DNA of 32,000 bases from positions 2,130,001 to 2,162,000 of the forward strand of contig NZ_CP060715.1 of the NCBI RefSeq assembly GCF_014396165.1. Direction: 5' to 3'. This DNA comes from Erysipelothrix inopinata (lineage in GTDB: Bacteria > Bacillota_I > Bacilli_A > Erysipelotrichales > Erysipelotrichaceae). The notes beneath the pieces were generated by a model, which was not told the DNA's origin, did not search any database, and worked only from the letters and a program-made list of their open reading frames with translations. How positions within the stretch are numbered: position 1 is the stretch's first letter; each line of letters starts with the position of its first letter. The translations under genes were made by a program, and so were the position numbers. Below, in pieces: positions 8,638 to 15,923 of this stretch.

Positions 8638-8665
8638 ATTATATCGGGCTAGTTTCAGATGTCAA
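8638..8665 (-). promoter_or_regulatory. Sigma-A promoter of the PIG-L/EIIC operon
   Basis: Read on the minus strand: TTGACA (8665-8660), 16-nt spacer, TATAAT (8643-8638). Both hexamers match consensus exactly. Confidence 0.75.
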
Positions 8666-8697
8666 CACTTTTTCCCAATTGAATTGAGAAAAAGTGT
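8665..8697. promoter_or_regulatory. Inverted repeat between the divergent promoters, candidate operator
   Basis: ACACTTTTTC-N13-GAAAAAGTGT, perfect 10-bp arms, with a CAATTG palindrome in the spacer. It abuts the -35 of the minus-strand promoter and ends 4 nt before the -35 of the rpiR promoter. Confidence 0.5.
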
Positions 8698-8700
8698 CTA

Positions 8701-8729
8701 TTGTAATTTATTGTGATATTTAGTATGAT
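8701..8729 (+). promoter_or_regulatory. Candidate sigma-A promoter of the rpiR-GNAT operon
   Basis: TTGTAA, 17-nt spacer, TATGAT. An AGGAGG RBS lies 5 nt before the ATG at 8754. Confidence 0.55.
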
Positions 8730-8753
8730 AAATACATCGTACGAGGAGGACAT

Positions 8754-9503
8754 ATGAATCCGATACAGTTAATGAAAATAAACGAAACAAATTTTACTAA
8801 ACAAGAAATAATTATCATGGATAGTATTATCGAAAACGTTGAGGATCTTACCAATTTATCACTCATGGAATTTGCAGATAAAATAAGCATTTCCAAATCC
8901 GCTTTACTTCGATTTTGTCAGAAAATAGGTTATGAAGGTTATAGTCAATTCAAATATGCTATCTCAAGATATGTATCCGAATTGCCTGCAAGTGATGATA
9001 ATTCATCACAACAAAAAAACCTTACGGATATGTATTCAGATACCATTTTAACCATGGATTCATTTATCGGTGATAAAGATCTCGAGTCACTTTATAGCAA
9101 GCTCAACAATGCCCATTCTATTAAGGTTTTTGGTTATGCAGAAACAGGAATTTCCGCGCACTATTTTTCAGATAAACTTCAGGCTTATGGTTATGATGCT
9201 GAGGCAATAATACAACTTCATAACCTTCGTCGAAAAATACAAGTCGCACATCAAGACGATCTTTTAATTTTTATTTCTATTTCTGGTAACACATCTATCA
9301 TGAATGAACTTGTAACTCAGGCTCAAGATGCAGGATTAAAATCAGTTTTGGTAACACAAAATTCTTTCTCAACATTTAAAGAGTATGTTGATCAAACTAT
9401 TTTACTTCCTTACTTTTCTGAATCTTCATTCGTCTTAGATCCACACGTTATTCTATATGTCTTTTTTAGTAAACTAATTAACTATATTAATGAAAATAAA
9501 TAA
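8754..9503 (+). CDS. RpiR/MurR-family transcriptional regulator (HTH plus SIS phosphosugar-binding domain)
   Basis: 249 aa. The N-terminal HTH_6-type segment is LSLMEFADKISISKSALLRFCQKIGYEGYSQFKYAI. The C-terminal SIS pattern includes IKVFGYAETG, DLLIFISISGNT and AGLKSVLVTQN. Confidence 0.85.
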   Translation: MNPIQLMKINETNFTKQEIIIMDSIIENVEDLTNLSLMEFADKISISKSALLRFCQKIGYEGYSQFKYAISRYVSELPASDDNSSQQKNLTDMYSDTILTMDSFIGDKDLESLYSKLNNAHSIKVFGYAETGISAHYFSDKLQAYGYDAEAIIQLHNLRRKIQVAHQDDLLIFISISGNTSIMNELVTQAQDAGLKSVLVTQNSFSTFKEYVDQTILLPYFSESSFVLDPHVILYVFFSKLINYINENK

Positions 9504-9522
9504 TTAGAAAGTAGGAGTAACT

Positions 9523-10461
9523 ATGAATGTAATACCTTTTGACGGAAAATATATTGATTCCCTTATCGAACTTTGGAATCTAGAACTTTATGCAGATTCA
9601 ATGAATGTTGAAACTTTCTCTGCATTAGTACTGGGTGATGTAAACTTTAATAAAAATCTCGTTCTTTTAGCCGTTGAAGATGATAAATTGTGTGGCTTTA
9701 TCTGGGCCGTCAAGCGTCGATATCCATATCTAGAACGGGGTTTAGAACCCCATAGAGGGTATGTTGTTGCACAGGCGGTGCATTCTGAATATCAAGGTAG
9801 AGGCATAGGAAAAACACTTCTTAAAACAGTGGAAGATACTATGACTAAAGACGATGCACAAGAAATAACAATTGGTGCATACAGTCCTAATTACCTATTT
9901 CCAGGAGTTGATAAAAAACACTATGAAAAGGCAATTTCATTCTATCAATCTCAAGGATATGATGTGAAAGGTGAAGCAGTATCGATGCATCAAACACTTA
10001 TCGATTTTGTATATCCTGAATCCACTCGCATGCACAAACTTAAACTTGAAGAAATGGGCTATACCTTTAGTAAGTTCAAATATAGCGACAGCATTGAACT
10101 CCTAGATTTCCTTATGGAGAACTTCGGTTCTGGTTGGACTTCAAATGTTCAAGAGTCTTTAAAACGACACAGTGCTAAAGACACACTCATAATCTGTCGA
10201 AACAGCACAAATGAAATTGTTGGCTATTGTCAACGAGCAATCGATGGTCACGATGATCGCTTTGGACCGTTTGGAGTTAATGCGTCATTACGAGGTCTTG
10301 GAATTGGTGGCGTCTTATTTGACGAGATGTTGTATAGTATGGTAAAAAAAGGAATCCACCATGTTTATTTTCTATGGACGGGTGGACGCGCGCAAGCAAT
10401 GTATGAACGACATGGCATGAAGGTATATCGATCCTATTCACTGATGAAAAAAGAATTTTAA
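9523..10461 (+). CDS. Tandem-domain GNAT N-acetyltransferase
   Basis: 312 aa with two acetyl-CoA motif A copies: QGRGIGKTLL (domain 1) and LRGLGIGGVLF (domain 2). It starts 19 nt after rpiR with an AGGAG RBS. Confidence 0.75.
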   Translation: MNVIPFDGKYIDSLIELWNLELYADSMNVETFSALVLGDVNFNKNLVLLAVEDDKLCGFIWAVKRRYPYLERGLEPHRGYVVAQAVHSEYQGRGIGKTLLKTVEDTMTKDDAQEITIGAYSPNYLFPGVDKKHYEKAISFYQSQGYDVKGEAVSMHQTLIDFVYPESTRMHKLKLEEMGYTFSKFKYSDSIELLDFLMENFGSGWTSNVQESLKRHSAKDTLIICRNSTNEIVGYCQRAIDGHDDRFGPFGVNASLRGLGIGGVLFDEMLYSMVKKGIHHVYFLWTGGRAQAMYERHGMKVYRSYSLMKKEF

Positions 10462-10463
10462 TC

Positions 10464-10500
10464 ACCAAAAAGGGCAAATCCACTAATGGACTTGCCCTTT
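10464..10500 (-). terminator. Terminator of the glucosaminidase/surface-protein operon, shared with the convergent GNAT gene
   Basis: 14-bp stem AAAGGGCAAATCCA / TGGACTTGCCCTTT (one mismatch), followed on the minus strand by TTTTTGG. Confidence 0.7.
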
Positions 10501-10510
10501 ACTTATACGT

Positions 10511-11986
10511 TTATTTTTTCTTTTTTAACATGATTGTGTATACAACACCTGCAATTACTGCGATTCCTAAGGTAGCTGTCGAAACAATAGCAACAGTTTT
10601 TGAAGTACCATTAGTATGATCAAATCCTACAAATGCTTTTTCAAATATGAGGCCATCGTCATTCTTTGTTTTGTAATGAAGTCTCTTCTCTTTGCCATTC
10701 ATGATTCCATAGAAGACTTCTCCGTCTTCTGCAGTCCATGCTTTATATTTATTATTCATGACAAGAGTGGTAGACACTTCTGTATATCGGGATTCAAAAT
10801 CTACCGTTTTTTCCGAGTATTTCTCTGTATTCAAAGTTTCTTTTTGCATTGCTTCAGGAGCATTCAAGACAAGTGCATAATTCGTTCCCGACTCTAATAG
10901 AATTACTTCTTCACTTGGTTTATTCGCTTCATCAAGAAGATGCCAGGAACCATTGTTATTTTCATCTACTAGTAATTGTAGTTTGATATCACCATTAACA
11001 AAGAAATATCCCATTCCGCCTTCAATTTCATACTCTTGACGTTCAAATCCAATATTCTTCATATTACCATCTAATGTATCATCATCTAGCACAGTAAGTT
11101 TCTTACCATCAATTTCTGTCTTATTAACGACAGGAATCGTACTTGTTAGTACAATTTCATAATCCTGAGATATCTCTCCTGATTTAGCATTTGCAGTAAT
11201 TGTTTTCGAAGTTTCATCTGCAGCAAAGTCAATTTCTTTCTCGTAGGTAAGTTCTACTCCTTCTTTAGAAGGAATCAATTCTAACCCCACACGATCAATA
11301 TTTTTAGGTAGTTCATAGCTATAGCTAAATGTTCCCTCTTCAGTACCAAGTGTTTCTAATGCAACACCTTCCATTTTTGGAGAACGTGATGAAATTTTAA
11401 TTCCTTCTACTAATGGAATTTTTTGTTCAGCTTCAAGTTGAGCTTTCTTCTCAGCTTCTTCTTTTGCTTTCTTTTCTTCTTCTGTTAATTCTTTATCTGG
11501 TTTAGTCGTTCCTGGGTTAGATGTTCCTGGTTTTGTACCACCACCATTATTATTGGACCCGCCATTGTTTCCGTTGCCTCCACCGGTATCAGTCGATCTC
11601 TTTTTCACTTCTGTATAAACTGTTGTAACTAGTTCAAATGGGTTCCCTTGATAATCTTCGCCTTTAATGTTTATGGAAAATGACGCTTTACCAGTCGAAT
11701 TAGGTGTCACATTCGTAGAGAATGAGGGATTTTTGGTTGTATCTTCGCCAGTATCTATTAAAATTTTTCCTGTTTTTTCTGCAGATGCAACTCCTGGATT
11801 ATTATTAGTTATTGTACCTTGAAAGAATCCTCCAGGGGCATTTGCACTTATTTTTAATGTTCCGCTGCTGTCAGTCATAATAATCCCTGTCACAGATGCT
11901 GATGCGGAAGCAGCATTAATATTTATTGGAATCAGCATCAAACTCATCAAGCTGACTAATAATATTTTATTTATTTTTTTAATCAT
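10511..11986 (-). CDS. Cell-surface protein with signal peptide and C-terminal membrane anchor; function unknown
   Basis: 491 aa. Signal peptide MIKKINKILLVSLMSLMLIPININAASASA, then a beta-rich module of about 100 aa and a G/N/T/P low-complexity linker (GGGNGNNGGSNNNGGGTKPGTSNPGTTKP). Next come a Lys/Glu-rich helix and a segment like a cadherin-like beta-sandwich (IKISS...FSYSYELP...YEIVLT). The C-terminus is a TM helix plus KKKK. The gene starts 9 nt after the glucosaminidase gene, with a GGAGAT RBS. Confidence 0.6.
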   Translation of the reverse strand: MIKKINKILLVSLMSLMLIPININAASASASVTGIIMTDSSGTLKISANAPGGFFQGTITNNNPGVASAEKTGKILIDTGEDTTKNPSFSTNVTPNSTGKASFSINIKGEDYQGNPFELVTTVYTEVKKRSTDTGGGNGNNGGSNNNGGGTKPGTSNPGTTKPDKELTEEEKKAKEEAEKKAQLEAEQKIPLVEGIKISSRSPKMEGVALETLGTEEGTFSYSYELPKNIDRVGLELIPSKEGVELTYEKEIDFAADETSKTITANAKSGEISQDYEIVLTSTIPVVNKTEIDGKKLTVLDDDTLDGNMKNIGFERQEYEIEGGMGYFFVNGDIKLQLLVDENNNGSWHLLDEANKPSEEVILLESGTNYALVLNAPEAMQKETLNTEKYSEKTVDFESRYTEVSTTLVMNNKYKAWTAEDGEVFYGIMNGKEKRLHYKTKNDDGLIFEKAFVGFDHTNGTSKTVAIVSTATLGIAVIAGVVYTIMLKKKK

Positions 11987-11995
11987 TAGAATCTC

Positions 11996-13876
11996 CTAAT
12001 CCTCTATTAATTTAATTCCAAGATAGTGACGCTTGATAGCCATCATATCAAATCCATCAACTACGCCATCCCGATTTACGTCAGCTGCAAGTAATGAATC
12101 ACCCTCTAATAATTTTATTCCAAGGTAATGTCGCTTCACAGCCATCATATCAAATCCATCAATTACTCCATCACCATTCACATCGCCTCGTTTGTAGTTA
12201 GATTCTTTTTTAACTTCAAAGTACGAAGCAGGAACATACACCACATCTTTACCATGGGTCGCACCTTTTTCACGGCGAACCGCTTCAGGATAATTATAGA
12301 ATTGGAATATTTTACCATCGGTGTCTAGCAGGTTGTCCGAACTAATTTTGTACCAAATATTTGAATTTCCAACTTGTGTTCCACGTACTTCTTCTAAAAC
12401 TAGAACTGATTGATTTTTAAATTTAAACTTCATGCCAGTCGCGTATTGACTGCTTGCTTCTGGTCGAGTATACGTTGTTACAGAGGATTCTACATTCTGT
12501 AGGTTTTTTATTTTAAATTTTCCGTAGTCTTTGCTTCCTGTAGCTCTATCTAGAGCTAAGTAGTGAGCTGCAGCTTTTTCTCCCCAGTATGCATCCGAAG
12601 CATATCGAACATTCATACCAGATTGCTTATTACCAAGGAACCCTCCCCTGTAATTGCCTTCAGTTGAGTCTAGGTAGTGCCAGTTTAAGAATCGAGTATT
12701 ATGACTATGGACTGATTGATCGATACTAGCATATTTATTTGCAGCACCTGGATACTTATCATAAGCAGCATGACCAAATAGGTTATTACGATCACGAGCT
12801 AAGTAACTACGTCCCCAACCGCTCTCATGAATAGCAAGAGCAAATGTCATCGCTCCGTTTGCGCCGTATTTTATTCCTTGATCAATAAATGATTTTTCGT
12901 TGCCGTATAACATTGATTGATTTCTTGGTACGGAATCATTTCCTGGATTGGTAACATTACTTGTATAGCCATTTTGATTTAAGAATTTTCTTAAGTCATC
13001 TGAGGTTATATTTGATGGAGCTCTATATGGTAAGAATTGGAAATAATTGTAGAATGGATCATTAGGATTTACTGAATTCTTATAGGTTTCATCTGCATAG
13101 TCCTTAATCATAGTTCCTACTTCTCTATAGAAATAATGACCATCATAAGAATAGTATGTTGTGTTCTTAGCTAATTTTGAAGGTGCAACACCATTATTAA
13201 TCGTTGAATACGTCTTTTGATGAACACCGTTACTGATATAATGAATCAAATCTCCATTGTCATTAACTTTATAGTGTGAAATACTTTTAGCATCAGAGAT
13301 TTCATAAACAGATAGTGCTTGTTCTGAAATCCATCCATTAACTCCAGCAATTACAATATGGTATCTCCCATTTTCTTTTCCTAAAACAGCTGCATCCGGA
13401 TTATATCCTACACTTGTATTTAGGTATGTTATGACACTTCCTGAAGTTGAAGTAGTATATACATTATAGTTGTCTAAGTCGTTATTAAATGCACCAATTC
13501 CGACTGTTGTACTACGACCATTGGCTGCATTAAGAAAGTAATAAGGGATAAATGCGCTAGGAAGTAATGAACGAGTTGCCATTGGTTCTTCTTGTAATTC
13601 TTCTAATACTTCTGGATTGATTGTTTCTTCAGGGAGTTCAATTTCCTTAGATTCCTCAACATCGTCAAAAGTAGTTTTCAGGTCTGGGTTAATCATGAAC
13701 CCACCTTTTTCATCATCTATTTCATTAATAGGTATAAATTTATCTACTTCATCAGCCCCATACGCTTCTTGCTCTTCCGAAGCAAAAACACGGGATGATA
13801 TTCCGCTAAGTAGTAGTGTCCCTGTTAACATCAATAAAAAGATGCGCTTAATGTGTTTATTTCTAAATTTTTTCAA
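11996..13876 (-). CDS. Secreted peptidoglycan hydrolase (N-acetylglucosaminidase family) with SH3b-like region and C-terminal type I dockerin
   Basis: 626 aa. Signal peptide with an acidic pro-region. Glucosaminidase motif FALAIHESGWGRSYLARDRNNLFG. SH3b-like SNIWYKISSD. A C-terminal duplicated dockerin segment (see next feature). Confidence 0.8.
   Translation of the reverse strand: MKKFRNKHIKRIFLLMLTGTLLLSGISSRVFASEEQEAYGADEVDKFIPINEIDDEKGGFMINPDLKTTFDDVEESKEIELPEETINPEVLEELQEEPMATRSLLPSAFIPYYFLNAANGRSTTVGIGAFNNDLDNYNVYTTSTSGSVITYLNTSVGYNPDAAVLGKENGRYHIVIAGVNGWISEQALSVYEISDAKSISHYKVNDNGDLIHYISNGVHQKTYSTINNGVAPSKLAKNTTYYSYDGHYFYREVGTMIKDYADETYKNSVNPNDPFYNYFQFLPYRAPSNITSDDLRKFLNQNGYTSNVTNPGNDSVPRNQSMLYGNEKSFIDQGIKYGANGAMTFALAIHESGWGRSYLARDRNNLFGHAAYDKYPGAANKYASIDQSVHSHNTRFLNWHYLDSTEGNYRGGFLGNKQSGMNVRYASDAYWGEKAAAHYLALDRATGSKDYGKFKIKNLQNVESSVTTYTRPEASSQYATGMKFKFKNQSVLVLEEVRGTQVGNSNIWYKISSDNLLDTDGKIFQFYNYPEAVRREKGATHGKDVVYVPASYFEVKKESNYKRGDVNGDGVIDGFDMMAVKRHYLGIKLLEGDSLLAADVNRDGVVDGFDMMAIKRHYLGIKLIED
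11999..12187 (-). other. Type I dockerin module (two Ca-binding loop-helix repeats)
   Basis: DVNGDGVIDGFDMMAVKRHYLGIKL and DVNRDGVVDGFDMMAIKRHYLGIKL each fit the dockerin DxNxDGxIDxxD loop plus a KRxxLG helix. The DNA shows the matching duplication at 12016-12082 and 12118-12184 (102-nt offset, about 11 mismatches in 67 nt by eye). Confidence 0.85.
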
Positions 13877-13986
13877 TGTAAAGCCCCCTTATTACGCAAG
13901 TTAGATAAATTATATCATAATAGCTACGAGTTTCGCATTTATGCTACAAAAATATGTTAAAATGTCATAAGATTGGAGAGGATATT

Positions 13987-14661
13987 ATGACAACAAATAC
14001 GTTAAATCAATCAGAATCACTAAAAAATATTACAAAATTAAGCTTTAAAGAAGAAATGTGGAATTCAATCACTCATGGCGTCATGGCATTAGCACTCTTA
14101 ATCGTCTACCCTTATGTCGCAATCCGTGCATTCAACCAAGGTGGAACCCACCTCGCGGTTGGAGACTCTATCTTTATTCTTTCATTATTCTCAATGTTTC
14201 TAGGCTCAACATTGTACCATGCTATGCCTTATGATACAGAACATAAATACGTCTTTAGAATCTTAGACCACGTATTTATCTTCGTTGCGATTGCAGGTAC
14301 TTATACCCCAATTGCACTTACTGTATTACCGCCTGCACTTGGATATACCATCGTAGCACTTCAGTGGGCTATGACCCTCTTTGGAATATTTTACAAAATA
14401 TTTTCTAAGAAAGCAGGATCTAAAGTTTCACTCATTATCTATCTAGCAATGGGATGGATGGCTGTGTTCTTAGTGCCATCACTCATCAAGTCAACATCAC
14501 CAATGTTTATAGCATTATTAATCATGGGGGGCGTTATGTATAGTATTGGAGCTTGGTTCTACGCTCAAAAAGATCGTAAATACTTCCATACAATTTGGCA
14601 TATCTTTATTAACCTAGCATCGATTTGTCACTTCGTTGGAATTGTGTTCTTTATGGTTTAA
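13987..14661 (+). CDS. Hemolysin III / PAQR-family membrane protein
   Basis: Seven predicted TM helices. Conserved N-terminal EEMWNSITHG, mid LYHAMPY and C-terminal HTIWHIFINLASICHF motifs. I prefer the ATG at 13987 (GGAGAGG RBS 5 nt upstream) over the listed 13954. Confidence 0.85.
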   Translation: MTTNTLNQSESLKNITKLSFKEEMWNSITHGVMALALLIVYPYVAIRAFNQGGTHLAVGDSIFILSLFSMFLGSTLYHAMPYDTEHKYVFRILDHVFIFVAIAGTYTPIALTVLPPALGYTIVALQWAMTLFGIFYKIFSKKAGSKVSLIIYLAMGWMAVFLVPSLIKSTSPMFIALLIMGGVMYSIGAWFYAQKDRKYFHTIWHIFINLASICHFVGIVFFMV

Positions 14662-14681
14662 ATAAAATTGAATAGATAGCA

Positions 14682-14716
14682 AACCCCAACATCATAAGTT
14701 GTTGGGGTTTTTTTTA
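14682..14716 (+). terminator. Rho-independent terminator of the hemolysin III gene
   Basis: Perfect 10-bp stem AACCCCAACA / TGTTGGGGTT followed by a T8 run. Confidence 0.85.
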
Positions 14717-15208
14717 TTATCTTCTATTGCCTCTGTTTCTATTATAGCCTCGTTCATATGAGTTATACGTATTGATCATTGCCCGTTCTAAATCGTTCAA
14801 GCTTGCATATCCCGATGAAACTAAACTTACGAGTTTAATTTTAAATTCATCCCCATACTTGTAGTCAGCATAGACATCACCATTACCACTACCTGTGAAA
14901 TGACTATTTACACGACTCAAGACATTCTTTCCTTGACCAACATAGACTAGATTTTTAGTTTCATTGAACAAAACATAAACACCTGTAATAGAATAACTAG
15001 ATGAAATGTGTTGTTTATTATCCATAGTTTTTCTATTTCTTAAATTAAAAAACTCTTTGGGTGTTAATGTTATTTGATCATTGACTAATGTTCTAAGTTT
15101 CTTCCTCGTTTTTACATTCGAAATTAATTGGCCGATTATCATGCCAATTGATAGAATAAAACAAAAAATGCAAAAAAGACGTAGTCTCCAATCTAATAAT
15201 TGAAACAT
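14717..15208 (-). CDS. Membrane-anchored GIY-YIG nuclease (I-TevI-type catalytic domain only)
   Basis: 163 aa. N-terminal TM helix (LRLFCIFCFILSIGMIIGQLI) followed by KTRKK. The C-terminal ~90 aa are GVYVLFNETKNLVYVGQGKNVLSRVNSHF...LERAMINTYNSYERGYN. These contain the GIY, YIG, Arg, His, Glu and Asn positions of the I-TevI catalytic domain. No DNA-binding module is present. Confidence 0.7.
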   Translation of the reverse strand: MFQLLDWRLRLFCIFCFILSIGMIIGQLISNVKTRKKLRTLVNDQITLTPKEFFNLRNRKTMDNKQHISSSYSITGVYVLFNETKNLVYVGQGKNVLSRVNSHFTGSGNGDVYADYKYGDEFKIKLVSLVSSGYASLNDLERAMINTYNSYERGYNRNRGNRR

Positions 15209-15224
15209 AGTTTCCCCCCTATAT

Positions 15225-15250
15225 TTAAAAAAGGAATGTTCTCATTCCTT
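15225..15250 (-). terminator. Terminator-like hairpin between the 149-aa and 163-aa genes
   Basis: Perfect 8-bp stem AAGGAATG / CATTCCTT with a 4-nt loop, followed on the minus strand by TTTTAAAT. Confidence 0.5.
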
Positions 15251-15261
15251 AATTTTAATTC

Positions 15262-15711
15262 TTATTCTTCTGAATCTTTATATGGACAATCAAAGACAAA
15301 TTTATTTTCATCTTCAACAAGGACTCTTCTTAAGTCTCCATCAGCAATGTAGTCATTGTCATGAAGCCATTCTGCAATCCCGATATGAACATCCTCAAAA
15401 GTATCTGCAATCACTCGAATCATACGTTCACGTGGTTCAGTCTGTATAAATTTAATAATCTGAGAATCATTACCTGGGTTTTCAACGGCAACAAATAACT
15501 TAATATCTACCAGTTCAACTCTATTTTCAGAGTCATAACCAATTGTAAAGTTATATTCTGGACTACGTAATTTTACATTTTGTCTCACGAGTTCTTTTCT
15601 AAGTGAGTTTAGGGCTTTGAGATCTAGTTCTCGAGAAAAATCAGGAATGGTCATTTCCATCACTGCAAGCCACGTTTTATCGAGTGATATTTTTTCAATT
15701 GTGTACGGCAT
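15262..15711 (-). CDS. Hypothetical cytoplasmic protein, possibly a GyrI-like (SbmC/effector-binding) fold
   Basis: 149 aa, acidic, no TM helix or signal peptide, AAGGAG RBS. The beta-alpha-beta-beta style pattern and length resemble SbmC/GyrI-like domains. The assignment is by eye only. Confidence 0.4.
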   Translation of the reverse strand: MPYTIEKISLDKTWLAVMEMTIPDFSRELDLKALNSLRKELVRQNVKLRSPEYNFTIGYDSENRVELVDIKLFVAVENPGNDSQIIKFIQTEPRERMIRVIADTFEDVHIGIAEWLHDNDYIADGDLRRVLVEDENKFVFDCPYKDSEE

Positions 15712-15894
15712 AATTTTCTCCTTTTATTAATTATAACATAAAATTATAGGTTTCAAGGAAGATATAAAATTGTAGTGTTTTTATGTTCACTTTTGAATCA
15801 GTTTTGTCCACAATATTTGCAAAGCTGTGAATGTCATCATCATTGTATCACGCAGTATATTCATTTATTATATACGACGTATCTTCTTTTGGGG

Positions 15895-15923
15895 AAAGAA
15901 AAAAGAAGTGTATAACACTTCTT
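15895..15923 (-). terminator. Rho-independent terminator of the rpsB...rseP gene string
   Basis: Perfect 9-bp stem AAGAAGTGT / ACACTTCTT with a 3-nt loop. On the minus strand it is followed by TTTTTTCTTT, directly after the rseP stop. Confidence 0.8.

Noticed and set aside
11497-11600. DNA encoding the Gly/Asn/Thr/Pro-rich stretch in the 491-aa surface protein, considered as a tandem repeat or phase-variable tract.
   Set aside because: It contains no exact tandem unit or homopolymer run long enough for slipped-strand variation. It is a compositionally biased linker.
12016-12184. Two ~67-nt similar DNA segments with a 102-nt offset, considered as a possible repeat array or CRISPR-like feature.
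   Set aside because: There are only two copies. They are in frame inside a long ORF and encode the two halves of the dockerin module, so this is an ordinary intragenic domain duplication.
13954-13986. Upstream start codons given in the ORF track for the hemolysin III gene (13954). The same issue arises for the small membrane protein (GTG 25370), rimM (TTG 28543) and the aminotransferase (23511).
   Set aside because: In each case a downstream ATG has a properly spaced GGAGG-type RBS. For rimM and the aminotransferase, the listed start overlaps or directly abuts the RBS. For hemolysin III it overlaps a predicted extended -10 element (TGTTAAAAT). The shorter forms also match the expected N-termini.
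14717-15711. The two accessory genes considered as a remnant of a prophage or integrative element.
   Set aside because: No integrase, recombinase, flanking direct repeats or tRNA target were noted in or next to the segment, and base composition looks like the surroundings. I keep it only as a synteny-break insert.
15787-15864. 25-aa minus-strand small ORF (MNILRDTMMMTFTALQILWTKLIQK) in the 212-nt spacer after rseP, considered as a type I toxin or leader peptide.
   Set aside because: It has no convincing RBS, no clear TM-length hydrophobic stretch, and no obvious antisense RNA or attenuator structure. It cannot be told apart from a chance ORF in AT-rich DNA. I also found no convincing promoter for the 149-aa gene: the TGTTATAAT at 15730-15738 would start transcription inside the RBS.
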